Below, piece by piece: positions 1-12,747 of a stretch of 64,000 nt of DNA. Origin of the DNA: Eledone cirrhosa (Eukaryota); assembly GCA_964016885.1 (NCBI GenBank), contig OZ024743.1:62310001-62374000 (forward strand), in the 5' to 3' direction. Each line of letters opens with the position of its first letter. Within the stretch, counting starts at the first letter, position 1. Below the pieces are notes generated by a model. That model had not been told where the DNA came from. It searched no databases and saw nothing but the letters and a program-made list of their open reading frames with translations. A program made the translations under genes and the position numbers.

Positions 1-1194
1 CATATTTAAATGAAGATATATATGTTTTCCCCTAGACATAAATATGTTTTTCGCTGACATTTGCATTTAAGAAACACATATACATACAAATGTGCTCTTA
101 GGCAGGCACCAAAGAGATCATAAATAGCACCAGTTTTTTACCGTTTTCTTGTTGGCATGGGTTGGACGCGTTGTCACATTCTGTTGTAAAACAGGTCAGG
201 TGACCACTTCTTGCTTATGCGTTCCATTTTGAACTAGAGTCTGGAAAATGTTGCCTGCAGCCACTGTCAACATCTATTCGTCTTTACGGGTCTTTACCTG
301 ATTTCTATAAGCTATTTTATAGCAACTGACTGTAATTGTAGTTGTTTTCTACACTTGAACATCCGACATCTTCTTATAAATAATGATTGCTAGTATAAGC
401 ACAAGGCCAATAATTTGGGGGAGGGGAAAGTCGATTGAATTGACCCCAGTGCATTACTGGTGCTTTATTTTATCGACCCCGTAAGGATGAAAGGCAAGGC
501 AAAGCTAACCTCGTAGTTGTTGTTGGTGGTGGTGGCATTTTCGTGCAAGGTTTACAGAAGTGCCCGATGGATTTGTATATACCGAGATATATTAAATTTA
601 AAACAATAATATAATACTTTTCCTGTTATACATGAACGAGCTATATCCCATTACCTCCACCCCACCCCCACGCCGATGACACCACACTTCAGTCTTCTCT
701 AACCTCTCGCACCTAAGCGCCATCTACACACAACCTAAACACGTCACACTTACTCTACACTGACTCCATGAACAAAGGCCCTTAAACCTACTCCAATGTC
801 GTCTCCTTCAATAGCAAAAAAATCGCATCGAAAACCAATATCGTAAACTCCCTTTAAACTGAATGTATTTGTATGTTGGTCCTTCGAGGATGAGTTTTCA
901 TGGAACTCCCTGCTTGTGAAATTAACGTTCAAATGGCTGCACATTCCACAGTCACGTGTATCCTTATCGTACTTGTCCAGTAGATACTTCCTGATACAGT
1001 GTATGAATAGACAGGCACTTTGAATTACATGTATAACTAATGTTTGCTGGCTGAGTGGACTGAAGCAACGCGAAATAAAGCGCCTTGCTCAAGGTCACAA
1101 TGTACGGTCGGATATCTTACTCATCACCGTTAGTTTGTGAGCCGAAATCCCAAATCAGTAAACCACGCGCATTCACAAAAACTTAATCGTGATT

Positions 1195-1440
1195 AGCACG
1201 GCACATCTAAAACCCTCACGATCACTTCAAATGCTAGACCTCACCATCACTGAAGATCTCTCCCGGAGAACACACATCATCAAAGCAACACATAGTACAT
1301 CTCAAACGCCGAACTTTCACTATAAATCCAGAAAAATATATCACCTCTGCTACCACCATCTCATCAATAGCTAACTCTTTGCAGATCTCATATTTCTGAG
1401 GAAATCCAGAATGAAGTACAGCCCTCACATATAGGACTGT
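1195..1440 (+). mobile_element. Decayed CR1/L2-group LINE RT C-terminal fragment
   Basis: Translates to SLQMLDLTITEDLSRRTHIIKAT..SQ...F.YKSRK...RMKYSPHI, resembling the LG.TI..DLSW..HI...RP.MEY.S.IW motif. Confidence 0.55.
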
Positions 1441-1889
1441 GCTGTTGTTTATCCAATATTATAACAGCAACAACAAAAAAATGTTTTCAAGGGAAACTTA
1501 CTAAGGCGCTGAATTATTTATTTCTGTAATAGTTTGGTGGTTGAAAGTACCAAGACTGGATCCCTATATATGAGAATCAATGAATCATGGTTAATTGCAT
1601 TTCTTTTTATCTTCTTCAATCAGTTTACATGAAAAATATTCCAAATAATATATTGCCCAAACACCTTGGACCAAAGCCCATCACCCTCTCCCCTTCCCCC
1701 TCCTTTCTTCTGTGGCCAAGAGTCCTTGCTTTTCCTTTCCTTTTCCTCTCATGTATGGCATTTATAGTCCTTTCCTCTACTTTCCCATACAGCCAGATCT
1801 GCCCTTCTTTATCCCATCCACCTTTTCTCATTACTTAATTTTGTTTTTATCTTACTTTTTCATATTGTTGTTATATTATTGTATTAATG

Positions 1890-2063
<174 letters not shown>

Positions 2064-2236
2064 TGTATATATATATGTGTGTGTGTGTGTATGTGTGTGT
2101 GTATGTGTGTGTGTGTGTGTGTGTGTACTTATATACTATTCTATATTATCAAGTACAGCAAATAAAACCAACAAACAACAGAAATAATTTGAAGGAAATT
2201 GAATTTTCATGCTTAAGTACATTTTATATTGAACAG

Positions 2237-2359
2237 ATATCGACGAATGTGCAATAGATAATGGAGGTTGTCAATACAAATGCACCAATACTCCGGGTGG
2301 ATCTATTTGTGAGTGCCCAGAGGGCCAAAGACTTCAACAAGATGAAAAAACATGCAATG
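2237..2359 (+). CDS. MEGF6: MEGF6-like internal exon, calcium-binding EGF domain (DIDECAIDNGGCQYKCTNTPGGSICECPEGQRLQQDEKTCN)
   Basis: AG acceptor 2235-2236, GTGAGT donor at 2360. 123 bp, phase 1-1, six Cys in EGF spacing with D-x-D-E-C motif. Domain order across all exons matches my recollection of vertebrate MEGF6. Confidence 0.9.
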
Positions 2360-2556
2360 GTGAGTTAATATTCTTTTATTCATTCACTGGTTTTAATCAT
2401 TAGATCGCGGCCATACTGGAGTATCACTTTAATGTCAATCATACTGACTCCAGTGTATTTTTTTTGTCAAGTCTGGTACTTACTTTATCGATCTCCTTTT
2501 GTCGAACCGTTCAGTTACGGGACATAAACACAGACAGAAACGTAAGCGTACATACC

Positions 2557-2621
<65 letters not shown>

Positions 2622-3246
2622 ACGTGTGGATTGGGTGTGTGTGAGTATACGACGGACTCCTGCAGTTGCCATGTATCCAAATTGCACTCACACGTTATTT
2701 GTCAATCTGAGGCTATAGTAAAATAAATTTGCCCAATAGGACCGAACCCGAAACCATGTGGTTATAGAGCGAATATTTTAACCAGGCAGCTATGTCTGCC
2801 TTTATTATTGATGATGTCTTATAGTGTTACGTGAATACTATCACTACTAATACTAATTACATTAATGAGTCTTTTCTAGCATAAACGCAATGGCATAAAT
2901 ATTTGGGAGGGAGTTAATATCATCAGGAGTGGGGGATTTTGATTTTATTGATCTCCAGAATGATGAAGGTAAAGAGAAACTTAGCGGAATTTGAGATAAA
3001 AACATAGAGATGTGATTAGATATCGCAAGGTTTCTGATTAGTTCTAGCAATTCATTATGTACATGATGATGATAATGATATGAAATAAAAGAAATCCGAG
3101 ATGGTGTCTAACTGTCGCCACTGGAGGCATTCTTTCTAAATAACTTTCAGCCGGTTACACATCCCAGGCCAAGAGACACAAATTCGACGAATCACCTGCC
3201 TTGAAAATGAATACATCCTTTAATCGGCTAGTCTCTTTTACTATAT

Positions 3247-3432
3247 AATTGTTTTTACTTTTGGCACAAGGCCAGCAATTATCAGTACATTACTGGTACT
3301 TTATTTTATTGACCCCGTAAGCATGAAAGGCAAAGTTAACCTCGGTGGGATTCGAACTCAGATCGTAAAGGGGCGTAACTACGCTGGAAAGCATGTCCGA
3401 CTCTCTACCGATACTGCCAATTCACCACCCTT
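3247..3432 (-). mobile_element. tRNA-derived SINE family A
   Basis: Box-B-like GAGTTCGAATCCC on the minus strand, core CCTTTCATCCTTACGGGGTCGATAAAATAAAGTACCAG, flanking direct repeat CTTTTACTATATAA. Other copies or fragments near 385-515, 3503-3640, 5620-5792, 9475-9630, 10070-10140, 26270-26415, 29337-29520, 31210-31500, 56385-56520, 63433-63560. Confidence 0.85.
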
Positions 3433-4023
3433 TTACTATATAAAAGAGCCAATAGCATCTTCACACTCGTCACCTACCTTGATCAATATGAACTGGCCTT
3501 AATAATTGTTTCTACTTTTGGCACAAGGCCAGCCATACCCAGTACATTACTGGTACTTTATTTTATCGATCCCGTAAGGATGAAAGGTAAAGTTATCCTC
3601 GACGGGATTTGAACTCAGACCGTAAAGGGACGTAACTATGCTAATAATGACCAATAGTCACAAAAACAATATAAACGTTACAGAATGTATTGAGTGCTCT
3701 TTCCTTTCGTTTGTACACATAAGCGTGTATATACATGGGGAGGGCATATATATATATATAAATGTGTGTGTGTGTATGTGTATAAGTATATATGTGTGCA
3801 TTATATGTACATGTATGTGTACCTCTATATATATATATGTGTGTGTGTGTAACAAGATTTAGTCATGTCTGGTCAAAATCTTCCGAACAATAGCTGACAA
3901 ATCTACACCTGGATAGACTTTCACTAACAATAACTGTTTACTTGACAGAGCAATAAACATACCACATTTAACACTGATTATTACCCAGGTGGTACTATTA
4001 TATTTTATGTGACCTGGGAAGTA

Positions 4024-4466
4024 AAGGCGTGTGGCTTAGTGCTTAAGATTCTAGGCTCACAATCGTAATATCGTGTGTTCGATTCCAAGACCGGGTGGCG
4101 CGTTGTGTCATTGAGCGAGATACTTTATTTTACGTTACTCCAGTCACTCAGCTGGTAAAAATGATTCACCACGATGTATCGGCTTTTGCTTTTCCCTTGA
4201 ACAACATCGGTGACGTAATGAAGGGAGACTCATGCATAGACAACTGCTTCTCTTCCACAAGACACGTTGTTCGAACTTGTACATCGGAGAGGGATGTCCA
4301 GTAAGTCATGGGTGCAGAATCTATGGCATTCATGATTGAAAGGGTGCCCTTTCCTTTATATCCATGGCCCGAATCTTGTACATCGGAGAGGGATGTCTAG
4401 TAAGTCATGGGTGCAGAATCTATGGATATTCATGATCGAAGGGTGTCCTTTCCTTTATATTCATGA
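4024..4466 (+). mobile_element. tRNA-headed CORE-type SINE (family B head) with a tandem ~95-bp duplication of its 3' part
   Basis: Box A TGGCTTAGTGCTTA, box B GTTCGATTCC, TTGAGCGAGATACTTTATTT core. 4272-4366 is repeated at 4370-4466. Confidence 0.75.
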
Positions 4467-5576
4467 CTTAAGTCACTACTGACAAAAGCCTTAACTGAGG
4501 TACAAGCGAAAGACAAAACTTCAACTGACTAAAATTTTCAACCGAATACTCCTAAATCACACCTACAAAAAAGCATGGGGGAACGACTTTGATCATAAAT
4601 CTGCTCAAGCAAGATTGACTTGAGTCTAAACAGCTTGTCTAATATCTTCTCTCGCCCTCCTTTTCTTCCCCATATTTTGTGCATGTGTGTATATATATAT
4701 GTGTGTGTGTGTGTGTGTGCATTATGTATGCGTGTGTGTATGTATATGTGTATATATATATGTGTGTGTGTACTGCGTGAGAGAGATTTCAATGGTGCCA
4801 ACCAACATCTATAACATCACGTATAGAATCCACCAGTTCAGGAATGCACCAGCTAAATAAAAAGTATAGATTTTTTTCGATCAAAAGATAAACTAACGTT
4901 TTCATATCTCTCCGCTCGAGGTTTTAACCCTAAACAGGAAGTTTAGATTAAATTATGTCTCAATATTATAGATTCAACATACAAACAACCGTAAATTTAA
5001 TCTGCCCGCTGCCTGAACGCTTACGCATGAATGCGTACTTAGGAATATAATATAATTTTTTTTTTCTATTTTTTTTACAATATGTATTGTAAGTACTAAC
5101 AAAAACACTAGCACAAATCATGCGCACACGCACACATATACAGATGTATGCATAGGTGCCTGTATCTTATAATATATACACCATGGGGAGAAGTTCGTAC
5201 AGATGGCTGTACTATGAATACATAAGTAGATGAATGTAAGTCTATGTTTATGTGAGAGATGATAGATAGGTAGATACATAGATAGACAGATAGACACACA
5301 AAAGGCAGCTTAAAGGACGACCTAGCAAGTCTCTAAATCTATATATTTACTAGTGTGTGTGTTTACGTGTGTGTACACCTGTTCGAGGTAACATTACGCC
5401 GTGGCGACCATATATTGGGAGGTCTCTATCTTTCAACATTCCTCAATGTATGTCTCTTTGTTTCTCTCTACATTTCTTTATGGTGTCTGTTTCTCTGGAG
5501 ATGGGTGGAGATCACTATCAATGTCTCTAGGATTGTTGCCTCGTAGTCTACTCTGAGTCTTCTAAAATGATACCTG

Positions 5577-5619
<43 letters not shown>

Positions 5620-6004
5620 TAATCGGTTCTACTTTTGGCACAAGGCCAGTAATTACCCAGTGCATTACTGGTACTTTGTTTTATCGACCCCGTAAGGATG
5701 AAAGGCAAAGTTAACCTCGGCGGGATTTCGAATTCATACCGTAAAGGGGCGTAACTCTATGCTGAAAAGCATAGCGTCCGACTGCCTACCGATTTATATA
5801 TTAAATAATGATGTTTACACTCTGCTAATGTATTGAGTACCTTTTTAACTGTGATTACCCCCAATCTCACTCGGGATATATATAAATATATATGTATATA
5901 TATATATATATTTTTATTTTCCCCTATTTCCCACTCTACTACCGTAAGTATTGAGTACTCTGGTGCGTAATGGTCCATCTGGTTCCTTATCACAATTCCT
6001 TTGT

Positions 6005-6064
<60 letters not shown>

Positions 6065-6067
<3 letters not shown>

Positions 6068-6310
6068 GGTGTTGGATGCTTAAAGCGTCCGTATGCGGTA
6101 GGCCGTATGACCACTCGATGCCCTCATAGAGCAGAGTATGATATACCAGAAAATCTGCTTCGTAGAATCGAGACGTATCCGAGGACCACGCGATTTCAGA
6201 GTCAGATTTGATCACCACATAGATCGTGCCTCGAGCTGGTCGCCCGAGAAACAATTGTGATATATCCAATAAATTCCTTTCGTCGCAACACTGATTCTCT
6301 TTTTTCTGTG
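6065..6310 (+). mobile_element. Penelope-like element 3' terminal fragment with degenerate hammerhead-like motif
   Basis: Flanked by (TA)n. CCGAGGA...GAAACAATTG...AATAAA followed by a T-rich end. Shares internal motifs with 18962-19040 and 50222-50300. Confidence 0.5.
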
Positions 6311-6333
6311 ATATATATATATATATATATATA

Positions 6334-6709
6334 CGATATTAAATAAATGGAAACTATATTTATAAAACCATATTTATTTCATTATATATATTTCAGGGAT
6401 ATCATATTAACAATATGCTATGCCTTCCTCAGACAAAATACAATATAAACAGTTTTATAGATAAATAGATTTGACATACCGTACAACATCGACTTGTATT
6501 TGAAAAGTTGAATTGGCAGTTCAACTGCCAATTCAACTTTTCAAATACAAGTCGATGTTGTACGGTATGTCAAATCTATTTATCTATAAAACTGTTTATA
6601 TTGTATTTTGTCTGAGGAAGGCATAGCATATTGTTAATATGATATCCCTGAAATATATATAATGAAATAAATATGGTTTTATAAATATAGTTTCCATTTA
6701 TTTAATATC

Positions 6710-6710
<1 letters not shown>
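6334..6710. mobile_element. Perfect 377-bp palindrome of a PLE pseudo-LTR in (TA)n, with a hammerhead in each arm
   Basis: Two 188-bp arms with a 1-nt spacer at 6522. Right arm has CTGAGGA (6612-6618), AGG..CCT stem II, GAAA (6650-6653), TATATA stem III and TATTTTGT/ATGAAATA stem I. Confidence 0.8.
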
Positions 6711-6763
<53 letters not shown>

Positions 6764-8557
6764 CATTATATTTTTTATATCTGTAGGTTGACGGTACAAG
6801 ACACCCTACTCCGGCTATGACGCCAATCCATCACAGTGTTAATTCCCAGCTACTGCTGCTGGTACTCAATAGAGTTTTGCTAAAGTTGAACCTAGTTCAA
6901 CTACTCCAGTTAACTCAACTAAATGTGAGTACCAGCAACAGCGGGGCAAAGGATAAGCCTGCGATGGACTGACGTCTTGTACTCTTAATCGGGTTGATTC
7001 AAGCCTTGTGAGTAAAATTGGGTAGAGAGAAACTGTTTGAAAGCATATCGTTTGCTTTGTACCTGTAATTTAAAGGCCCAGCCATTTCATACACTGGGTC
7101 ATGTTAAGTATTCCTAAGAATTACGTTAAGGGAACGTGTGTTTGTGGAATGGTCAGCCACAAACACGTTAATTTCACGAACAAGCTGTTTTATTGTTTGA
7201 ACAACTGAAATATTCATCATCGAAACCGACGGAGGTCCATTTCACAAGCTTATAGACACTTGAATCGTATTAAACTTTTTTTTTTTTTAGAAAACTGGTG
7301 TTTTTTTCCGTGTGTTTTCCAGGAATCGGTCTTCCAAATCCTTCGGAAATTATTGTTTCTTTTTAGAAAACGGCGGCTCGGAGTTTTCTTTACAATTAAT
7401 ATTTTCCCGATTATTTTTCGTGTTTTCAACGAATCTGGCTTTTAACAACCGTTGGAAATTATTAGTTTTTTTAGTTATCCGTACCTCACGACAAATATCA
7501 GAAGGTTGAGGCGGCGAGCAGGGGGGGGATGCAAAAATGAAAGTAAAGAAATGAAAAATGTTGAAAGCGTAGTTGTCGGACTTGACTCACGACTTTACTC
7601 GGATGCTAACGCGATGCTGGCAATCTGAGAGAGGTAGGTTTAAATTGTCTGACTCAGTAAAGAAATGGTGTAACAAGTTTTCTTCATTTTCCTTTGAAGA
7701 CCTAATGGTGTAGACATTTTGACCGAATACCTAGCCTTTGCACAGATTGTTTTAATTCTCTCCAAAATCTTTCAAAATGCTTATAACACAAACTGATTAG
7801 ATTGTTGTAGGCAGCCCAAAAATCGCTATAAATAATCGAGTCAGGTTTAATATATTGTGGATGAAAAGAACAAGTATGGCTTTGTCATGCTTATTACCAT
7901 GTAAATTCAGCACAAAATGACGTTTACTAATTCGCTCCATCCCACCACACAACCAAATCAGGCTCAAACCCAATCTCTCTCATATTTACAGCAAACTAAT
8001 AAGGTTTCATTAATTACAACCTCTGCAGCTTCTCTGCCAATCGGTTTCCGTTTCGAAAGTTACAGATCTGCTCCCTCGCAATAAAATGGCCGCTAGCCTA
8101 CTGATAAACACGGAGACATTTTCAATTATTTCAACGCATTTTTATGGCTCCATAAATGGCTTTAAAAGGATTGGCCAAAAGTATGATTTTCCATGGAAGA
8201 ATGAGTGCGTTGTCTATAAAGGAACCTTTAAAATCAGATACAGAATAGTTACTATACCGTCTTTTTTACGTTTTAGGAACAACATAACGTTTTCTGCACT
8301 GTCATAAATTTTGCTGTTTTCGATATACACATTCGGTATTTCAATGTGGACAGTTTACTGTTTTGGGAAGGGCAGGGTGAGAAACTTCGAGGGTTTCCTC
8401 GCCCCGCTCCATTTTCTAAAAAAGGATTATTTAGGATTTGGAGGTCAGATTCATTGAAATCACGAAAAAAAAAATAGGGAAGAAACAATTCCTCACTGAA
8501 CGAGAAAAGAGTATTCTTCTTCTTCGTCTTTTTGATCTTGTTGTTTATGATGGTAGT

Positions 8558-8601
<44 letters not shown>

Positions 8602-8930
8602 CTATGTCATCTGAAAATTTCAGCCAACTGATCCTACACACGACAGTCTCATACTACTTCCGACCCGGATGCACATTTCAGTTCTGTCCGTGTTTATGAT
8701 CAGAAGTGACATGTGTATATATATATATATATATATATGGGGGGGGGGGGTTGATAGAGAGTAAATGGGAAAGAGAAATTTCGCATAAAAATAACAACTA
8801 TGACAGTACATATATATAATATAATCCTTCCATATACTGTACCAACTGTGTTGTTATTTCTGTTTACACATATATATATATATTAGAGATTACACACACA
8901 CACATATATCTATATATATATATATATATA

Positions 8931-9310
8931 TAAAGAAAAAGAGATGAAATCGAAAATGCAACTGGAGTCTTATTTTTTTTTAAAATATATATATTTATTT
9001 GGTTCCTTTACCGGTTTCGCAGTTCTTCTGCTTTTCAAAAGGTGAGTTGAGATGGAGGGTCTGTGGTTTTTCTCACATCTGTGGTTTTTCTCACAGATGT
9101 GAGAAAAACCACAGACCCTCCATCTCAACTCACCTTTTGAAAAGCAGAAGAACTGCGAAACCGGTAAAGGAACCAAATAAATATATATATTTTTTTTAAA
9201 AATAAGACTCCAGTTGCATTTTCGATTTCATCTCTTTTTCTTTATACTTCCACTCGTGTAGGACACCTCGGTTATTTTTCATTTTGTAAAAAAAACCTCA
9301 CTTTCTAATA
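8931..9310. mobile_element. Head-to-head PLE-type palindrome with 3' tail and variant hammerhead
   Basis: Arms ~8931-9083 and ~9092-9246, unique tail 9247-9310. Motif CCTT-TTGAAAA-GCAG/CTGC-GAAA-CCGGTA-AAGG at 9133-9170. Confidence 0.75.
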
Positions 9311-9334
9311 TATATATATATATATAAGTTAGAG

Positions 9335-9420
<86 letters not shown>

Positions 9421-9757
9421 TTAGAGATGAAATAATATCATATTATTTTCACCATGTTTTACAACATAGGGTTAAGGCTATTTACGTTCTGAGTTCAAAT
9501 CCCGCCGAGGTTAGCTTTGCCTTTTATCTTTACGGGGTCGATAAAATAAACTACCAGTAAGGCACTGGGGTCGATTTAGTCGACTTTCCCACCCAAAGGT
9601 TGCTGGCCTTGTGCCTATAGTAGAAATAATTATTTTCTATACTTGTTTTAGTGGTTATGCTCGCTTTCACGTTTCGAATTGCATAAATTCGAGAGCGGCC
9701 ATGACCACTAAAACAGGTGTAGAAAATATGTAACTTCGTCTCTTTTTTATATATCAT

Positions 9758-9795
<38 letters not shown>

Positions 9796-9796
9796 A

Positions 9797-9848
<52 letters not shown>

Positions 9849-9919
9849 CAGGTTAAGTCGAGAGCAACCGCAGTAAATAAGGTACACAATACATTAGTAG
9901 AGTGATAACATCAAAAATG

Positions 9920-10010
9920 TAATATAGAATTGGCATCTACAGGGCTAGAACTGTTTCATTCATATGAAATTATCAACAGTTCTAGTCCCGCAGAAGCTAT
10001 TTCTATATTA
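9920..10010. mobile_element. Older degenerate palindrome of the same PLE family as 38715-38835
   Basis: Both arms match GAAACAGTTCTAGTCCTGTAGAAGCCATTTCTATATT at 38798-38834. Confidence 0.65.
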
Positions 10011-10300
10011 AATGTTCGATATATATATCGGATAGAATGCTTCAGTTTTCGTTTCGGGTCTGTCTGCTCTCCTGAGTTCAAATCCCGCCGAGGTCAATTT
10101 TGCCTTTCGTTCATTCGAGGCCGATAAAGAAAGTACCCGTCAATTCTTCCTCTATATCTCTTTCTCATTTCCATTCTCTCACTCTCTCTCTTTCCTTCTC
10201 TGCAGTAAATTTGCTGTATTCAGACCTGGAAAGGAGATGGACTCTTAAGTTTTAAAATGGACTAGAAACGCCGTATGTCAATACATGCACACACACACAC

Positions 10301-10346
<46 letters not shown>

Positions 10347-10802
10347 AAGGTGGTGGAAGTGGGACCCCCCCCCCTCCCCAGAGATTATATTTTCCTCCTC
10401 AAACTACCAAAACACATCTATTTGTGTATGCGCTACAATTTATGTTCATGTTATGTAGAGATAGATGGGAAAGATATATATAAGTATAGAGAGGGGTAGA
10501 GTTTGATAGTGATGGATAGAGTGAGAGGGAATGAGAGAGAGTGTTGTATGGTAGATATAGAGAGGGGATAGTTTGGTGGTAATTGATATAGAGAGGGTGA
10601 GAAATTGGTAGTTGTAGATGTGCAGAGGGGGATAATGGAGAGTGCCGTGTAGTAGAAACAATTATTTTGGTTTATTTGTTTAGTCTCTTCTATAAATTTT
10701 ATTTTGCACAAAGAAAAATCCACAATGTATCGTTCTGTTTTGTCTTTAATGTTTCCTTAATGTGAGCCCTGTGTGGCTAATAAAGAAATTATTATTATTA
10801 TA

Positions 10803-11163
10803 ATGGCCCGTGTGAGTCGGCATACTCTGACCATGCGCCTATATACTGGCTAATTTGAGGAGAGTGGTGCTCTCCCCGGGTGCCCTAGAAGAGCAGGGTA
10901 GTTCAGGATTGGTGGGGTACCTGAGTTACCCCTGGGTCGTCCACCCCCACCCCCCTATTGGGGAATTTATTTTGTTATATTTATGTATAGTTTATTTTAA
11001 ATTTTTTATATCTTCATTGTTAAATTAGTCTTGCCATTGTGCACTTTTACTCGACCTTATTGTAACCCCCCCTCTGTCCGTGTCTTTGTATTGTCCCCTA
11101 CATGTCGGCCCTTGTGACCAATAAATTAAATCATTAACATTATTGTTATTATTATTATTATTA
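10803..11163 (+). mobile_element. 5'-truncated Tx1/L1-clade LINE 3' end with (TTA)n tail abutting the exon acceptor
   Basis: Reverse complement of 40570-40925: ORF end, 3' UTR, CCCTTGTGACCAATAAA, (TTA)n. A related 3' end lies just upstream at ~10720-10800. Confidence 0.85.
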
Positions 11164-11172
11164 TTTGTACAG

Positions 11173-11298
11173 CTCCGTTGGGTTGCGGTCGCAATAATGG
11201 AGGATGTGAACACAACTGTATATACAGTTACCATAATAAATACCACTGCACATGTCGGGATGGCTACAGGCTAGCAACTGATGCAAAATCTTGCAAAG
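11173..11298 (+). CDS. MEGF6: MEGF6-like internal exon, EGF domain (APLGCGRNNGGCEHNCIYSYHNKYHCTCRDGYRLATDAKSCK)
   Basis: tacAG acceptor, GTAAGT donor at 11299. 126 bp, phase 1-1. Overlaps ORF 11178..11654. Confidence 0.9.
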
Positions 11299-12624
11299 GT
11301 AAGTTAAGTTTTCTTCATGCTCTCTTTCTCTCCCACACTCCCTATATATGTATAACTTACTCTCTTCTCTCTCCCATTCTCTCTCACTTTATTCTCTTAC
11401 ACACTCTCCTTTTACTTATTTCTCATTCTCCTCTTTTCTCTCACTCGCCCTCTCTGTCACTCTCTCATGCTCCCGATATCTCTCACTCATACACACACAC
11501 TCCCTTACAAAACATTCTACTCGACACTCTACCGATTCTATTAATTCACTGCCATATTTGTATTATATTGATGATTGGTTTGATAGAAAATAATATTGAT
11601 TTTTATATTTATCAACTTAGTTTTCAACAAATGAATATTAGGGCAATGAGATAGCTTCTACGTGTGAACAGTCGATTTGCTGAAATAGCAAGTAAATCCC
11701 ACTTAAATCATACCCCATTGTTTTAAATGTAGGACACATTGAAAAATATAGTCTCCTGTGTACAAAAGGTCTTTGTGATCCCAGATAGAGTACCTTTAAT
11801 CATAAACCTGCTCGTTTAGGGTAGACCTGTGGCTAAACAACATAGTCAGTTTTAACCCGTTGATACCAAACTGCCTGAAACCGCCCCTAGTTCTGTGATA
11901 CAAATCTTTTTAATTTAAAGTGTTTGTATTTATCTAAAAACATTCCATCATAATTTTATGTAGGAATCTGTTAAATTCAAGTCTGAAAATTTATTAGAGG
12001 AAAGTAATCATACATGGTTCATTGGAGAGAGAGAATACAGACAAAAAAGAGAAAAGGGGGAAAAGAAAACAAGAGCAGAGAAAGAAACATTACATAGAAA
12101 AAGGGAATGTGGAAATAGAGGGGGAATCAGTACAGCTCTGGCTATAGGGGACTTCTCAACTGTGTCCCACAGACAAAAAAAAAGCAAATGCATTGCTGCT
12201 GACAACAACCAGTAATGCACAAGGTTCCTTCTTCAAAAAATATATACTCCTCCCGATTTTGTGGAAGAAAACAGCAGTCTAGAAACCTTTGTAGCAACAA
12301 AAAGAAAGTGATCAGTGAAACCCCAGTATTTCATTTATCTTCCACACAACTGAATTACGGGCAGTGATACCCAGATATGTTCCAGATAGTAGCTTATTAA
12401 TTGTTTCTATATTAGACACAAGATCATCAATTTGAAGTGAAGGGGAGAGTCAATTAAATCGACCCAAGTGTGTCACTAGTATTTTGTTTTACTTAATTTC
12501 TTCAAATCTGTGATTATTTTCAAAATTATTTGAAGGTCATAGGAAGTGTCTTTTATTAGAAATATGTTAACTTTCATTACCTGTTTCTACAACTCCTAAG
12601 TTTATGTATGTTCTCACTGTACAG

Positions 12625-12747
12625 TGATCAACCCATGCCAGATAAATAGAGGTGGATGCCAACATAAATGTCACAATCATCATTCTAAAGCTGTCTGTCA
12701 ATGTTTCACTGGCTACCAACTGTCATCTGATGGTAAAAGCTGTATTG
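12625..12747 (+). CDS. MEGF6: MEGF6-like internal exon, EGF domain (VINPCQINRGGCQHKCHNHHSKAVCQCFTGYQLSSDGKSCI)
   Basis: tacAG acceptor, GTAAGT donor at 12748. 123 bp, phase 1-1, six Cys. Confidence 0.9.

Noticed and set aside
7250-8555. CpG-richer 1.3-kb block that may be an old DNA transposon
   Set aside because: I could not identify TIRs, a TSD or coding similarity, so it is left unannotated.
8970-9199. Two nearly identical ORFs on opposite strands (similarly 17220-17562)
   Set aside because: This follows trivially from the DNA palindrome; there is no protein signature.
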